Positions 1 to 8,051 of a stretch of 64,000 nucleotides of DNA are shown here, one piece after another. The translations under genes and the position numbers were made by a program. A model generated the notes under the pieces. It was given only the letters and a program-made list of their open reading frames with translations. It had not been told where the DNA came from and did no database searches. Position 1 is the first letter of the stretch. Each line of letters opens with the position of its first letter. Source of the DNA: a virus (taxonomy: Duplodnaviria; Caudoviricetes); IMG/VR virus record IMGVR_UViG_3300044628_000433, positions 205-64,204 of that record. One strand, given 5' to 3'.

Positions 1-115
1 ATCTATGCCCCCATGATTGTTCCACCAGTACGTCACACAATCAACGAGTGTGGTGGTACACATTCACCACATCTCCGCAAGGGTATTGTGTCATCGTCGT
101 ATCTCTTCTTTCAAG
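1..115. repeat. Terminal overlap of circular assembly (identical to 63886-64000)
   Basis: atctatgcccccatg...ttctttcaag occurs at both ends; unit length is 63,885 bp. Confidence 0.97.
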
Positions 116-1701
116 ACGATACGTACAAGACTAAGTATGTGGGATCAGAGCCTTCGTCCAAGTGTGTCGAGGCTGCTAATCGTTTGATGTCTACCGAATG
201 GTGTGTCAACGAACGTGTGTTCGAGGTGATGAAGAATCTATTCGAGAACAACACTAGGGTTGGCAACCTTCCATCATATGAACCTGATCCTAAATTGTTT
301 TCTGATTCTGGAAACGAAGAAAGTATTCGAGTCAATCTATGGAAGGATTGGTTCAGACGATTGAATGACACCGTTCGTATGCACCTTCGATTGAAGATTG
401 CAAACGACATGATTGGACACGGATACTTCTATCATGGTTGGACGTTCGACTTTCGTGGTCGAGCCTATGCCTTGTCTGATTTGTTGTCCCCACAATCAGG
501 GGATCACGACAAGTCATTGCTGTTGTTTGCCAATCCCATGAAGCAAACACCTGACGGATTGTATTGGTTGAAGGTACAGGTTGCGAATCTGTTTGACCAA
601 GACAAGTTACCATTCGCTGATCGTGTGGCATGGGTGGATAAGAATATGGATATGCTACGCTGTATCCATAACGATCCATACAGTACGGTTCGTTTGTGGG
701 CAGACGATAAGCCAAAGAAGAATCAATCCTTCCAACGTCTTGCTGCTGTGTTCGAGTTGTTTCGTACTGATGGTATGACACAACTTCCGATTGGTATGGA
801 TGGTTCATGCAACGGTATCCAACATTGGGCTGCTATTGCAAGAGATCCAGTCATCGGTGCTATGGTTAATCTGTTACCATCAGATAAGCCAGGAGATGCT
901 TACTCAGTTGTTGCCAAGTCTGTGACTGCTAGTGTTGCAGCGTGTGTTGGCAAGGATGATTGGGCAACGATCTTTATGGAGTACTGGAAGGGATCTGTTG
1001 GTCGAGGTGTTGTGAAGCGAGCTGTTATGACAGATCCTTATGGTGTCACTAGGCGTGGCATTGTGGACGGTCTAGTGAATGATGGCAACCTGTTGTTCAT
1101 CGACATCAAGGAACGACACAAGGCTGCTAACTATCTAGCCGACCACATCATCAAGGCTATGGATCATCTGTTGAAGATTCCAAACCAAGGTAAGTTGTGG
1201 CTTAAGGAAGTCACGAAGATTGCTGCTGAAATGAACAAGCACCTTGCTTGGGTAACACCTACTGGGTTCCTTGTTCGTCACCGATACTACCCGATGATAA
1301 ACAGATCGGTTGATATCTATACGTTGGTCAAGCGTCGGCAAGTTTTGTTCGCTGAGTTTGATCGCTATGCTGTTCACCCACGACGTGCAAAGAATGGTAT
1401 CTCACCAAACGTCATCCACTCCTTCGATGCTGCACATATGGTCAACACCATCTGTGAGATGGCAGATGAGGGTATCGAAGACTTCTCGTTTATCCACGAC
1501 TCGTATGGTTGCCATGCTCCACTGGTAAACAAGATGCGTGAGATTACCAAGCGCAAGTTTGTTGAACTCCATAGTGAGAATCTGCTAGCAAATCTTAAGG
1601 AGCAATTAGAAAAGTATCTTGGTGTTGAGTTGCCACCTGTTCCTGAAACGGGTACACTTGACATCAACAAGGTATTAGAAAGTGAGTACTTCTTCCATTG
1701 A
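1..1701 (+). CDS. T7-like single-subunit DNA-directed RNA polymerase, C-terminal part (gene starts at 63190 and wraps; ~798 aa)
   Basis: Motifs DFRGRAY, DGSCNGIQH, R-x3-KRAVMTDPYG, PNVIHSFDAAH, IHDSYG, C-terminal YFFH; in frame with 63190-63885. Confidence 0.97.
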   Translation: MYAPMIVPPVRHTINECGGTHSPHLRKGIVSSSYLFFQDDTYKTKYVGSEPSSKCVEAANRLMSTEWCVNERVFEVMKNLFENNTRVGNLPSYEPDPKLFSDSGNEESIRVNLWKDWFRRLNDTVRMHLRLKIANDMIGHGYFYHGWTFDFRGRAYALSDLLSPQSGDHDKSLLLFANPMKQTPDGLYWLKVQVANLFDQDKLPFADRVAWVDKNMDMLRCIHNDPYSTVRLWADDKPKKNQSFQRLAAVFELFRTDGMTQLPIGMDGSCNGIQHWAAIARDPVIGAMVNLLPSDKPGDAYSVVAKSVTASVAACVGKDDWATIFMEYWKGSVGRGVVKRAVMTDPYGVTRRGIVDGLVNDGNLLFIDIKERHKAANYLADHIIKAMDHLLKIPNQGKLWLKEVTKIAAEMNKHLAWVTPTGFLVRHRYYPMINRSVDIYTLVKRRQVLFAEFDRYAVHPRRAKNGISPNVIHSFDAAHMVNTICEMADEGIEDFSFIHDSYGCHAPLVNKMREITKRKFVELHSENLLANLKEQLEKYLGVELPPVPETGTLDINKVLESEYFFH

Positions 1702-1925
1702 AAGTACACATCGTAGATAATGAAGGGGCAATCGAAGAAGCAGTCAAGTCTATTCACAAGGCTATGATTGACAAGAAGAAGACAGAAGTAACATTGAGTT
1801 TCATGTGTCCTAGTGACTTCATGCACACTCAGTTCCTATCCTACTTAGCCAAGTACCTTGGCGCAAAGAAAGCAAAGAAGGCTACGCATGTCAAAGTTGA
1901 CATCTACATCGAAGAACAAAGTTGA
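1698..1925 (+). CDS. Hypothetical protein
   Basis: 75-aa ORF overlapping the RNAP stop codon (TTGA). Confidence 0.65.
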   Translation: MKVHIVDNEGAIEEAVKSIHKAMIDKKKTEVTLSFMCPSDFMHTQFLSYLAKYLGAKKAKKATHVKVDIYIEEQS

Positions 1926-1926
1926 A

Positions 1927-2106
1927 TTGAATGGACGAAGCTATCGTACTGGAGATCTCTACGATAGTTGGAACGTGCATCAACAAGCACACTTCGATGG
2001 CACTGGCATTAATGTTTACGCACCTATCCCACAAAAGGATGGGCCTCCACTTCCATCCCTCGCTGAACAATGGCGAGAGGAATATAAGAACAGGAAGAAT
2101 AAATGA
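1927..2106 (+). CDS. Hypothetical protein
   Basis: Fills the gap; TTG start inferred; stop overlaps the next ATG. Confidence 0.5.
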   Translation: MNGRSYRTGDLYDSWNVHQQAHFDGTGINVYAPIPQKDGPPLPSLAEQWREEYKNRKNK

Positions 2107-2762
2107 GTCGAGTTCTAGTTATCGGTGACTTGCATTGTCCTGCTGTACATCCACAGTACTTGGACTTTGTGAAGGATGTCAAGAAGAAGTATCGTACTGA
2201 TACAACGGTGTTCATCGGAGACGTGGTGGATCACGCATCCATCTCCTTTCACAAGAAGAATCCCGAACATCCCGCAGCAATGGATGAATACCATCAGACT
2301 GCTGAGTCTTTGCAGAAGTGGATCAAAGCTTTTCCTAAGGCTGTTGTGACGATTGGTAATCACGACGAACGTGTTGCACGTCTTGCTGCCGATGCGGGTA
2401 TTCCCTCGCACTATCTTCGAGAGTATGATGCTATCTACAAGACCAAGGGTTGGTCGTGGGTTAACTCACACGAAGAAGATAACGTCTATTACTATCACGG
2501 TGTTGGTGCTGGCGGTATGTACCCCGCAATCAACGCTGCTAAGATGCGACTTCAATCTGTAGTGATGGGTCACTATCACAGTGTGGCTGGTATCAACTGG
2601 ATTGTTGGGCCAACCTCACGTATCTTCGGAATGAATGTTGGGTCTGGTGTTGATCGCTTCCATCCCGCAATGCAATATGGTTCGGCATATCTTAAGAAGC
2701 CAATCGTTTCGTGTGCTGTTGTTATCAATGGTCATCCATATCTTGAACTGATGAATCTTTAA
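2103..2762 (+). CDS. Calcineurin-like metallophosphoesterase
   Basis: GDLH, GDVVD, GNHD, YYHG and GHYH motifs in order. Confidence 0.92.
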   Translation: MSRVLVIGDLHCPAVHPQYLDFVKDVKKKYRTDTTVFIGDVVDHASISFHKKNPEHPAAMDEYHQTAESLQKWIKAFPKAVVTIGNHDERVARLAADAGIPSHYLREYDAIYKTKGWSWVNSHEEDNVYYYHGVGAGGMYPAINAAKMRLQSVVMGHYHSVAGINWIVGPTSRIFGMNVGSGVDRFHPAMQYGSAYLKKPIVSCAVVINGHPYLELMNL

Positions 2763-2771
2763 GGAGAACTC

Positions 2772-3158
2772 ATGGGCTTGGATACATACGCTTACTATGG
2801 TGGGCTTAGCCCACAAGCCACGGCAGAGGGAGACAACATGATGCCAGATCATCTGTTCCCACCTAATCGTTTGTGTGGTGGCTTGTTCTCTGGCGGCGGT
2901 GCTTCCTTTCGTGGTAAGGTATACAACGAATGGATTGAGTGGTGTACAAACGGTAAGTACACCCTTTACACGGAAGAGTTGAGCGAGAATCAAGTTCGTG
3001 ATATCTATGATGCTTTGTACCGCAAGCAAGAAGATACATACTACAAACAGTTTGTTCGTGAAACAGGTAGTGACATCACCTACGGACAGACTATTGACCT
3101 TCTCAAATGGTTTGAGATTGTGGTGGATAACAAAGGTGTCGTTGTAGGCTGGTGGTAA
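2772..3158 (+). CDS. Hypothetical protein (MGLD family; paralog of 12781-13137)
   Basis: AAGGAG SD; shares RG-x-x-Y, YTLY and KWF motifs with the paralog. Confidence 0.8.
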   Translation: MGLDTYAYYGGLSPQATAEGDNMMPDHLFPPNRLCGGLFSGGGASFRGKVYNEWIEWCTNGKYTLYTEELSENQVRDIYDALYRKQEDTYYKQFVRETGSDITYGQTIDLLKWFEIVVDNKGVVVGWW

Positions 3159-3159
3159 T

Positions 3160-3606
3160 GTGAATCTAACCTTACTCAGAAAGCGAGCCAAGTATTGGCA
3201 AAACCAACTTGGCCTCAAGCATTGGACAATTAAAGTTGTGTGGGCCAAGGCTGGAGAATTAGACGATGAAGATAACCTTCGGGTCTATGGTTTGAACACC
3301 TATGATCCCAATCACATGACATCTCTAATTCAAGTCTTGAACCCCAAGGATGCAGACGAAACGTATAACGTAGAGGAAACGCTTATACACGAACTGCTGC
3401 ACCTTTTTATGTTCCCGCTGGAATCGGCGGCGGGTTTCTCAATCAAGTCTCCTACCGATCAATGGGAGACGGCTATGGAACAGACGATCAATCGTCTATC
3501 GGAGTTATTGAATAATGGAAGAACAAGTTCAGAATCAAGTGGTAGCCGTCAGCGATCTTCGGACTTACCTGACAGCAATGCAGACGGACATCAATCGAAT
3601 CCGTGA
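3160..3606 (+). CDS. Small zincin-like (HEXXH) metallopeptidase-fold protein
   Basis: ETLIHELLHL with a downstream Glu (MEQ). Confidence 0.65.
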   Translation: MNLTLLRKRAKYWQNQLGLKHWTIKVVWAKAGELDDEDNLRVYGLNTYDPNHMTSLIQVLNPKDADETYNVEETLIHELLHLFMFPLESAAGFSIKSPTDQWETAMEQTINRLSELLNNGRTSSESSGSRQRSSDLPDSNADGHQSNP

Positions 3607-3691
3607 TTTTGCCAACGAACTTAGTAATCAGGTTGGTGTAGTAATCATCAACATCGACACCCTTTCTACGGAGACACCAAGCAATGGCTGA
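3515..3691 (+). CDS. 58-aa helical protein (not in ORF track)
   Basis: GGAG SD at 3501, ATG 3515, MEEQVQNQVVAVSDLRTYLTAMQTDINRIRDFANELSNQ...; overlaps the low-complexity tail of the previous ORF. Confidence 0.6.
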   Translation: MEEQVQNQVVAVSDLRTYLTAMQTDINRIRDFANELSNQVGVVIINIDTLSTETPSNG

Positions 3692-4232
3692 TCGTATCAA
3701 GAACTTTATCACCACCAATCTTACTGTTAAGTGGAGCAATCTTCTTAAGCCTGATACCATGTTCGGAGATGCGTCTGCCAACCACAACATCACCGTGGTA
3801 TTGACTCCAGAGTTTGAGCAATCACTTATGCAGATTGCTAAGGACAATGGTGTGAAGAAGGTAAACGGTACCTACGAAAAGGATGGTGTTAAGACCATCA
3901 AGTTCAAGAGCAAGTCTCACGTTGACAAGGGTGCATATCCTTGCCAAGATGCAACTGGTAACTTTACCGATGTTGTTCCATTCGGTGAAGACGTTGTTCG
4001 TCTTAAGCTTGCCCCTGTTGTTATCACCAAGGGTGCAAGTAAGTCTATGTCGTTCTATCTCAACGGTGTTCAGATCGTTCAGAAGAATGCTACGATGGAG
4101 AAGAAGACCAATGGTTTCGCACCTGTTGAGGGAGGGTTTGTTGGGACGCACGTCGATGCACCAACAACAAGCAAGCCGACTGAGGCTTCCCCAACTCCTG
4201 CTGGAATTACGGATGACGAGATTCCATTCTAA
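3684..4232 (+). CDS. Single-stranded DNA-binding protein (T7 gp2.5-like)
   Basis: WSNLLKPDTMF, KFKSK and LNGVQIV motifs; acidic DDEIPF tail; genomic position. Confidence 0.85.
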   Translation: MADRIKNFITTNLTVKWSNLLKPDTMFGDASANHNITVVLTPEFEQSLMQIAKDNGVKKVNGTYEKDGVKTIKFKSKSHVDKGAYPCQDATGNFTDVVPFGEDVVRLKLAPVVITKGASKSMSFYLNGVQIVQKNATMEKKTNGFAPVEGGFVGTHVDAPTTSKPTEASPTPAGITDDEIPF

Positions 4233-4597
4233 TGAAGTGGAAGTTCCCAATCTCACCTGTGGCTGCATCACGGCCACGGGTGAGTAAGTGGGGCAGTTAC
4301 TATACTGGAACTTATAAAGAGTTTCGAGAACAGGCCGTGCCTGTAATTGAAAAAGTATTAGAGGGATACGAACCAACAGATAAGAATCTACGTGTGTACG
4401 TTCAACTCTATGTCGATAAGCCCAAGTCCAGTAAACTGGATTATCCCCGACCTGATATCGACAACTACCTTAAGTCTGTGTTTGATCTAATGAACGGTCG
4501 CCTGTGGACAGATGACCGTCAGATCATATTCGTAGAAGCAACTAAAGAGTGGGCCAAGTCCACTGGCTACTTTACTGTGGAGATTCAAGATGTCTGA
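4232..4597 (+). CDS. rusA: RusA-family Holliday junction resolvase
   Basis: RPR, PDIDNYLKSVFD and WTDDRQI motifs. Confidence 0.9.
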   Translation: MKWKFPISPVAASRPRVSKWGSYYTGTYKEFREQAVPVIEKVLEGYEPTDKNLRVYVQLYVDKPKSSKLDYPRPDIDNYLKSVFDLMNGRLWTDDRQIIFVEATKEWAKSTGYFTVEIQDV

Positions 4598-4793
4598 TTG
4601 GAAGCTTACTGGAACAATGTATAGCAGCGAAGACAATAGCAAGGCTGCTGTTGTCATCGAACGGTGTGAAGAAGATAGCATGAAGGTTACTGTTTCTGTT
4701 ATGGAATATGGAACCACATGCACATGCAAGGTTTACCTTGACGATCTTGAACAGATCATCCGTGCGTTGAACACCAACGACCCAATCTTCTAA
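4590..4793 (+). CDS. Hypothetical protein
   Basis: 67-aa ORF with GGAG SD, translationally coupled. Confidence 0.65.
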   Translation: MSDWKLTGTMYSSEDNSKAAVVIERCEEDSMKVTVSVMEYGTTCTCKVYLDDLEQIIRALNTNDPIF

Positions 4794-4830
4794 TGTAACA
4801 GAGGGGTGCGGCTCTCCAACGCACGTTCAT

Positions 4831-4908
4831 GGAAGGGTGCCTGATAGATTTGGTAAAAGGTCGTGACTTATAATCGCGCTCATGTGGGTTCGACTCCCAC
4901 CCCTTCTA
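4831..4908 (+). tRNA. tRNA-Ile, anticodon UAU
   Basis: Acceptor GGAAGGG/CCCTTCT; anticodon arm CGTGA-CTTATAA-TCGCG; T arm GTGGG-TTCGACT-CCCAC; enlarged D loop; no encoded CCA. Confidence 0.85.
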
Positions 4909-4914
4909 CTATAA

Positions 4915-4987
4915 GCCACAGTAGACCAATGGCAGAGTCAATAGACTTAAAATCTGTGTAGTGTGGGTTCGAGTCCCACCTGTGGTA
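4915..4987 (+). tRNA. tRNA-Leu, anticodon UAA (short variable loop)
   Basis: Acceptor GCCACAG/CTGTGGT; anticodon arm ATAGA-CTTAAAA-TCTGT; T arm GTGGG-TTCGAGT-CCCAC. Confidence 0.88.
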
Positions 4988-5001
4988 TTAAAGGAGATCA
5001 T

Positions 5002-5220
5002 ATGCAACGAATGTACAGCGTGACAATTGAGTTAGTTAGGAACGTTTCGGAAACATGGTCATTCCCCATTTCTAAAGACACTGATGTTGCTCAACTTGAA
5101 GAAGACTTGAAGCGCAACCCAGATATCTTGTGGACAAAGTATGACGCAGATCTTGTGATGTCTGATGACTTTGCTGAAAAGGTAACACAAATTGTGGAGG
5201 GCTTCGAATGGCAGACGTGA
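5002..5220 (+). CDS. Hypothetical protein (tandem paralog 1)
   Basis: AAGGAG SD; SVTIEL...ETWSF motif. Confidence 0.75.
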   Translation: MQRMYSVTIELVRNVSETWSFPISKDTDVAQLEEDLKRNPDILWTKYDADLVMSDDFAEKVTQIVEGFEWQT

Positions 5221-5438
5221 TGAGTGTAACAGTTGAGATCGTCTATCGTCGCTATGAAACGTGGTCGTTCGACATAGACGATGATGATAAGCCGACAAAG
5301 ATCTTCAAACAAATTCAAGAAGATCCGTCTCTGTTGTTTAAACAATCCCGTGTTGAATGCGTCAAGGCATCAGATATTTCTGAAACAATTCTTGAAGTAA
5401 TTGATTTCGATACTGATACCTTAAACATCATCGAATAA
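5208..5438 (+). CDS. Hypothetical protein (tandem paralog 2)
   Basis: GGAGG SD; SVTVEI...ETWSF motif. Confidence 0.75.
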   Translation: MADVMSVTVEIVYRRYETWSFDIDDDDKPTKIFKQIQEDPSLLFKQSRVECVKASDISETILEVIDFDTDTLNIIE

Positions 5439-5445
5439 ATAAATT

Positions 5446-5519
5446 ATCCCTGTAGCTCAGTTGGATAGAGCATTCGCCTTCTAAGCGAATGGTCAGTGGT
5501 TCGAGTCCACTCAGGGATG
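5446..5519 (+). tRNA. tRNA-Arg, anticodon UCU
   Basis: Acceptor ATCCCTG/CAGGGAT; D arm GCTC-AGTTGGATA-GAGC; anticodon arm TTCGC-CTTCTAA-GCGAA; T loop TTCGAGT. Confidence 0.95.
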
Positions 5520-5534
5520 CTAGAAAGGAAACCT

Positions 5535-5834
5535 ATGGATACTATTATTTTTATTGGTGGCGCGGTGTTGGTTATTGGTAGCGTAGTTATACAGTGGAAG
5601 ATGCAAGATAACGAGATTGCAAAGCTTCGAAAAGAGGTTGAAGAAAACTATGAACTGATGTACGAACTCAAGGCAACAACAGAACAGGGTCTTAACAACC
5701 GAATCAGTGCAGTTGTTCGTGAGGTATCAGCATGGCAACACTCGCTTGCCGATATCAAGAAGGCGGAAGACGAGAAGCGTCGTGTCGCTGAAACGAAGTC
5801 TGTTATCAAGAAGCTTCGAGACTCTATTAAGTAA
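5535..5834 (+). CDS. Membrane-anchored coiled-coil protein
   Basis: AAAGGA SD; N-terminal hydrophobic helix IIFIGGAVLVIGSVVIQW followed by a coiled coil. Confidence 0.75.
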   Translation: MDTIIFIGGAVLVIGSVVIQWKMQDNEIAKLRKEVEENYELMYELKATTEQGLNNRISAVVREVSAWQHSLADIKKAEDEKRRVAETKSVIKKLRDSIK

Positions 5835-5911
5835 GAGGATGGCGATGCCTAAGACAGTACACTTTCCACCAGATGAACCAAACGACTTGGGCTTCAAGGA
5901 GAAAAAGACCA

Positions 5912-6106
5912 ATGGATTACCATGATATTGAAGATCCTGAAATTAAACTAGAGATTCTTCAGCAACGTATTTACAATGCCTCTATCCTCTTGGCTGATTG
6001 GGATGGTTACTATAATCCCAAGACTAGGAAAGGCAACGCAGAGGAGCTTGCCAAGTTAATTGAAGAGGTGTACATCGTATTGCAGGGAAAGAGTTGGCGT
6101 AATTAA
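5912..6106 (+). CDS. Hypothetical protein
   Basis: AAGGAG SD; MDYHDIEDPEIK... Confidence 0.65.
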   Translation: MDYHDIEDPEIKLEILQQRIYNASILLADWDGYYNPKTRKGNAEELAKLIEEVYIVLQGKSWRN

Positions 6107-6166
6107 TTCTAAGGGAATGTGTAGTTCGTTCCCTAAAACTTTTAGGGATATGTAGGAGATTTTAGA

Positions 6167-6826
6167 ATGAAGAATGTGATCGGTTTGCTTAGTTTGGTTG
6201 TGGCTGGTTCAGCATCAGCAGAGTTCGTTGTTGTTAATAACCCAGTAGTAGAGACTATTGGGTTCTACTCAGATGCCTTCTCGTCTGATGGTGCATACAC
6301 CTATGCACAGAGTGGCGCACAGCTTTTTGATTTAGAGGATTCGTATACAACCTCATCCCTCAAGTGGTGGGGTTCATCCAACGGATTCAATGACCAAGGC
6401 GTATCAAACTTTACCTCATTCGAGATTAATGTTTGGGATGCTGACTTTAACGGTATTGTCTATACGACAACCGTTGATATATCAAATGTAGAGATCAATA
6501 AGACAGGTGATGCAAACTTCTTTGGTCAACCCGTCTATGAGTTTTACGTTCCTTTTGTTGCTCAACTTGCCTCTGGTAGTTATGCAATGAACATTGGTGT
6601 TAATCTTGAGGACGCAAACGGAGATCAGTTTGTGTGGTCTCAAGGTGCGGACTCAAACAACTTCTGGCAAACATCTCCGTTTGGTCCGGGTGGTTGGGGA
6701 TCGTGGCGTCCATTGCCACCATCTATTGGTAATACCGCTGGTGGTGCATTCGTTCTTTCAGCACCATCACCCGCAGCGATTGCGCTGCTTGGTTTAGCAG
6801 GACTTGTTGCTAAGCGTCGCCGCTAA
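6167..6826 (+). CDS. Exported protein with PEP-CTERM-like (APSP-TM-RRR) sorting signal
   Basis: Signal peptide MKNVIGLLSLVVAGSASA; beta-rich body; C-terminus SAPSPAAIALLGLAGLVAKRRR. Confidence 0.85.
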   Translation: MKNVIGLLSLVVAGSASAEFVVVNNPVVETIGFYSDAFSSDGAYTYAQSGAQLFDLEDSYTTSSLKWWGSSNGFNDQGVSNFTSFEINVWDADFNGIVYTTTVDISNVEINKTGDANFFGQPVYEFYVPFVAQLASGSYAMNIGVNLEDANGDQFVWSQGADSNNFWQTSPFGPGGWGSWRPLPPSIGNTAGGAFVLSAPSPAAIALLGLAGLVAKRRR

Positions 6827-6838
6827 GCAAACTAACAA

Positions 6839-6869
6839 AACCCCACAGGTCGCTTGGGCCTGTGGGGTT
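6839..6869. terminator. GC-rich hairpin (terminator or processing site)
   Basis: AACCCCACAGGTC-GCTTG-GGCCTGTGGGGTT; weak U tract on the + strand. Confidence 0.55.
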
Positions 6870-6878
6870 GGAGGATAA

Positions 6879-7526
6879 ATGTTAACTTACGTAGATCATA
6901 TGGGTTGTGATGAGTCTGTGTGTGATGCTGCTCGCGTGAGCATGAACAAGACAGCTGATCTGTTTACTGTTACGCAGAACGAGAGACTGATTAATTACTT
7001 GGCAAGACACAATCACTGGAGTCCCTTCTCGCATTGTGTCCTAAAGGTTCGCGTAACAGCACCAATCTTTATCGCACGTCAACTGGCAAAGCATCAGGTT
7101 GGTTTCTCTTGGAATGAAGTATCACGTCGATACGTCTCAAGCGACCCAGAGTTTTGGACTCCAGACGAGTTTAGAGATAAGGCAGACAACGTAAAGCAGG
7201 GGTCATCCAACACAGTCAATTATTACTCTCAACTCTATAAGACACAACTTGATACTTTGTGTAAGCAAGCGGCTAGTATCTATAGTGATATGTTAAAGGA
7301 TAACATCTGCCCAGAACAAGCACGTGCAATTCTTCCACAAGCCATGATGACTGAATGGATCTGGACTGGATCATTGTATGCGTGGTCTCGTATGTATAAT
7401 CTTCGAGCAGATTCACACTCTCAAGTTGAGGTTCGAAGTTATGCTACCGCAATCGGTTCAATATGTGACAAGTACTTTCCACTTTCATGGAGAGCATTGA
7501 CGAACTATGGCGTTCAATCTGAATGA
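6879..7526 (+). CDS. thyX: Flavin-dependent thymidylate synthase
   Basis: AARVS, HWSPF, APIFIARQLAKHQVGFSWNEVSRRY, PEQARAILP, LRADSHSQVE. Confidence 0.95.
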   Translation: MLTYVDHMGCDESVCDAARVSMNKTADLFTVTQNERLINYLARHNHWSPFSHCVLKVRVTAPIFIARQLAKHQVGFSWNEVSRRYVSSDPEFWTPDEFRDKADNVKQGSSNTVNYYSQLYKTQLDTLCKQAASIYSDMLKDNICPEQARAILPQAMMTEWIWTGSLYAWSRMYNLRADSHSQVEVRSYATAIGSICDKYFPLSWRALTNYGVQSE

Positions 7527-7869
7527 TCTACTGAAACTCGCACGGTTGTTTCCACCAAAGGAACGAACACACTATTCTGTTGTGTTGCATGGTAATAAGA
7601 TCATGGCCTGTGGCGAGGAGAATAGAAAGAAGACACACCCCAAGGCAAAGAAGCTTGGCTATAAATATCCAACAATTCACTCTGAACTTGCTGCCTTCAT
7701 GGCAATCGACAAGTCAATCGCAAAGGAGTGTACGTTGATAAACATGCGGATCACGCCAACGGGTTCTGTTGGTATGTCTAAGCCCTGCCCATATTGTCTT
7801 GGGTGGGTGTCGGAGGTTTTTAAAGATGTCTGGTATACAAATCAGGATGGAGTTTTTGTGAGGCTATGA
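7507..7869 (+). CDS. Zinc-dependent cytidine/dCMP deaminase-fold protein
   Basis: HSE and SKPCPYC motifs. Confidence 0.85.
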   Translation: MAFNLNDLLKLARLFPPKERTHYSVVLHGNKIMACGEENRKKTHPKAKKLGYKYPTIHSELAAFMAIDKSIAKECTLINMRITPTGSVGMSKPCPYCLGWVSEVFKDVWYTNQDGVFVRL

Positions 7870-8051
7870 AACGCGCAAACATTAATGTAACTCTTCTAAA
7901 GGAACAGATCGAACTAATTGAGAGTGGTCTGCCATACAGTTTGCTTACCGACGAGGAAGCAAGGATTGATGGCCTGTTAGATTTTCTACACGATATTGCA
8001 ACAGGCGAGATCGTGTGCTATAAGAAAGAACTAAATGGAAACCTTGAATGA
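7866..8051 (+). CDS. Hypothetical protein
   Basis: 61-aa ORF coupled by ATGA overlap. Confidence 0.65.
   Translation: MKRANINVTLLKEQIELIESGLPYSLLTDEEARIDGLLDFLHDIATGEIVCYKKELNGNLE

Noticed and set aside
13-1701. N-terminally truncated 562-aa RNA polymerase
   Set aside because: The missing N-terminus is encoded at 63190-63885 and joins in frame
4831-5519. tRNAs as an attP site or sign of lysogeny
   Set aside because: No integrase or repressor recognised in the genome
4963-5534. ORF-track starts at 4963 and 5496
   Set aside because: They begin inside tRNA T arms; SD-supported ATGs are at 5002 and 5535
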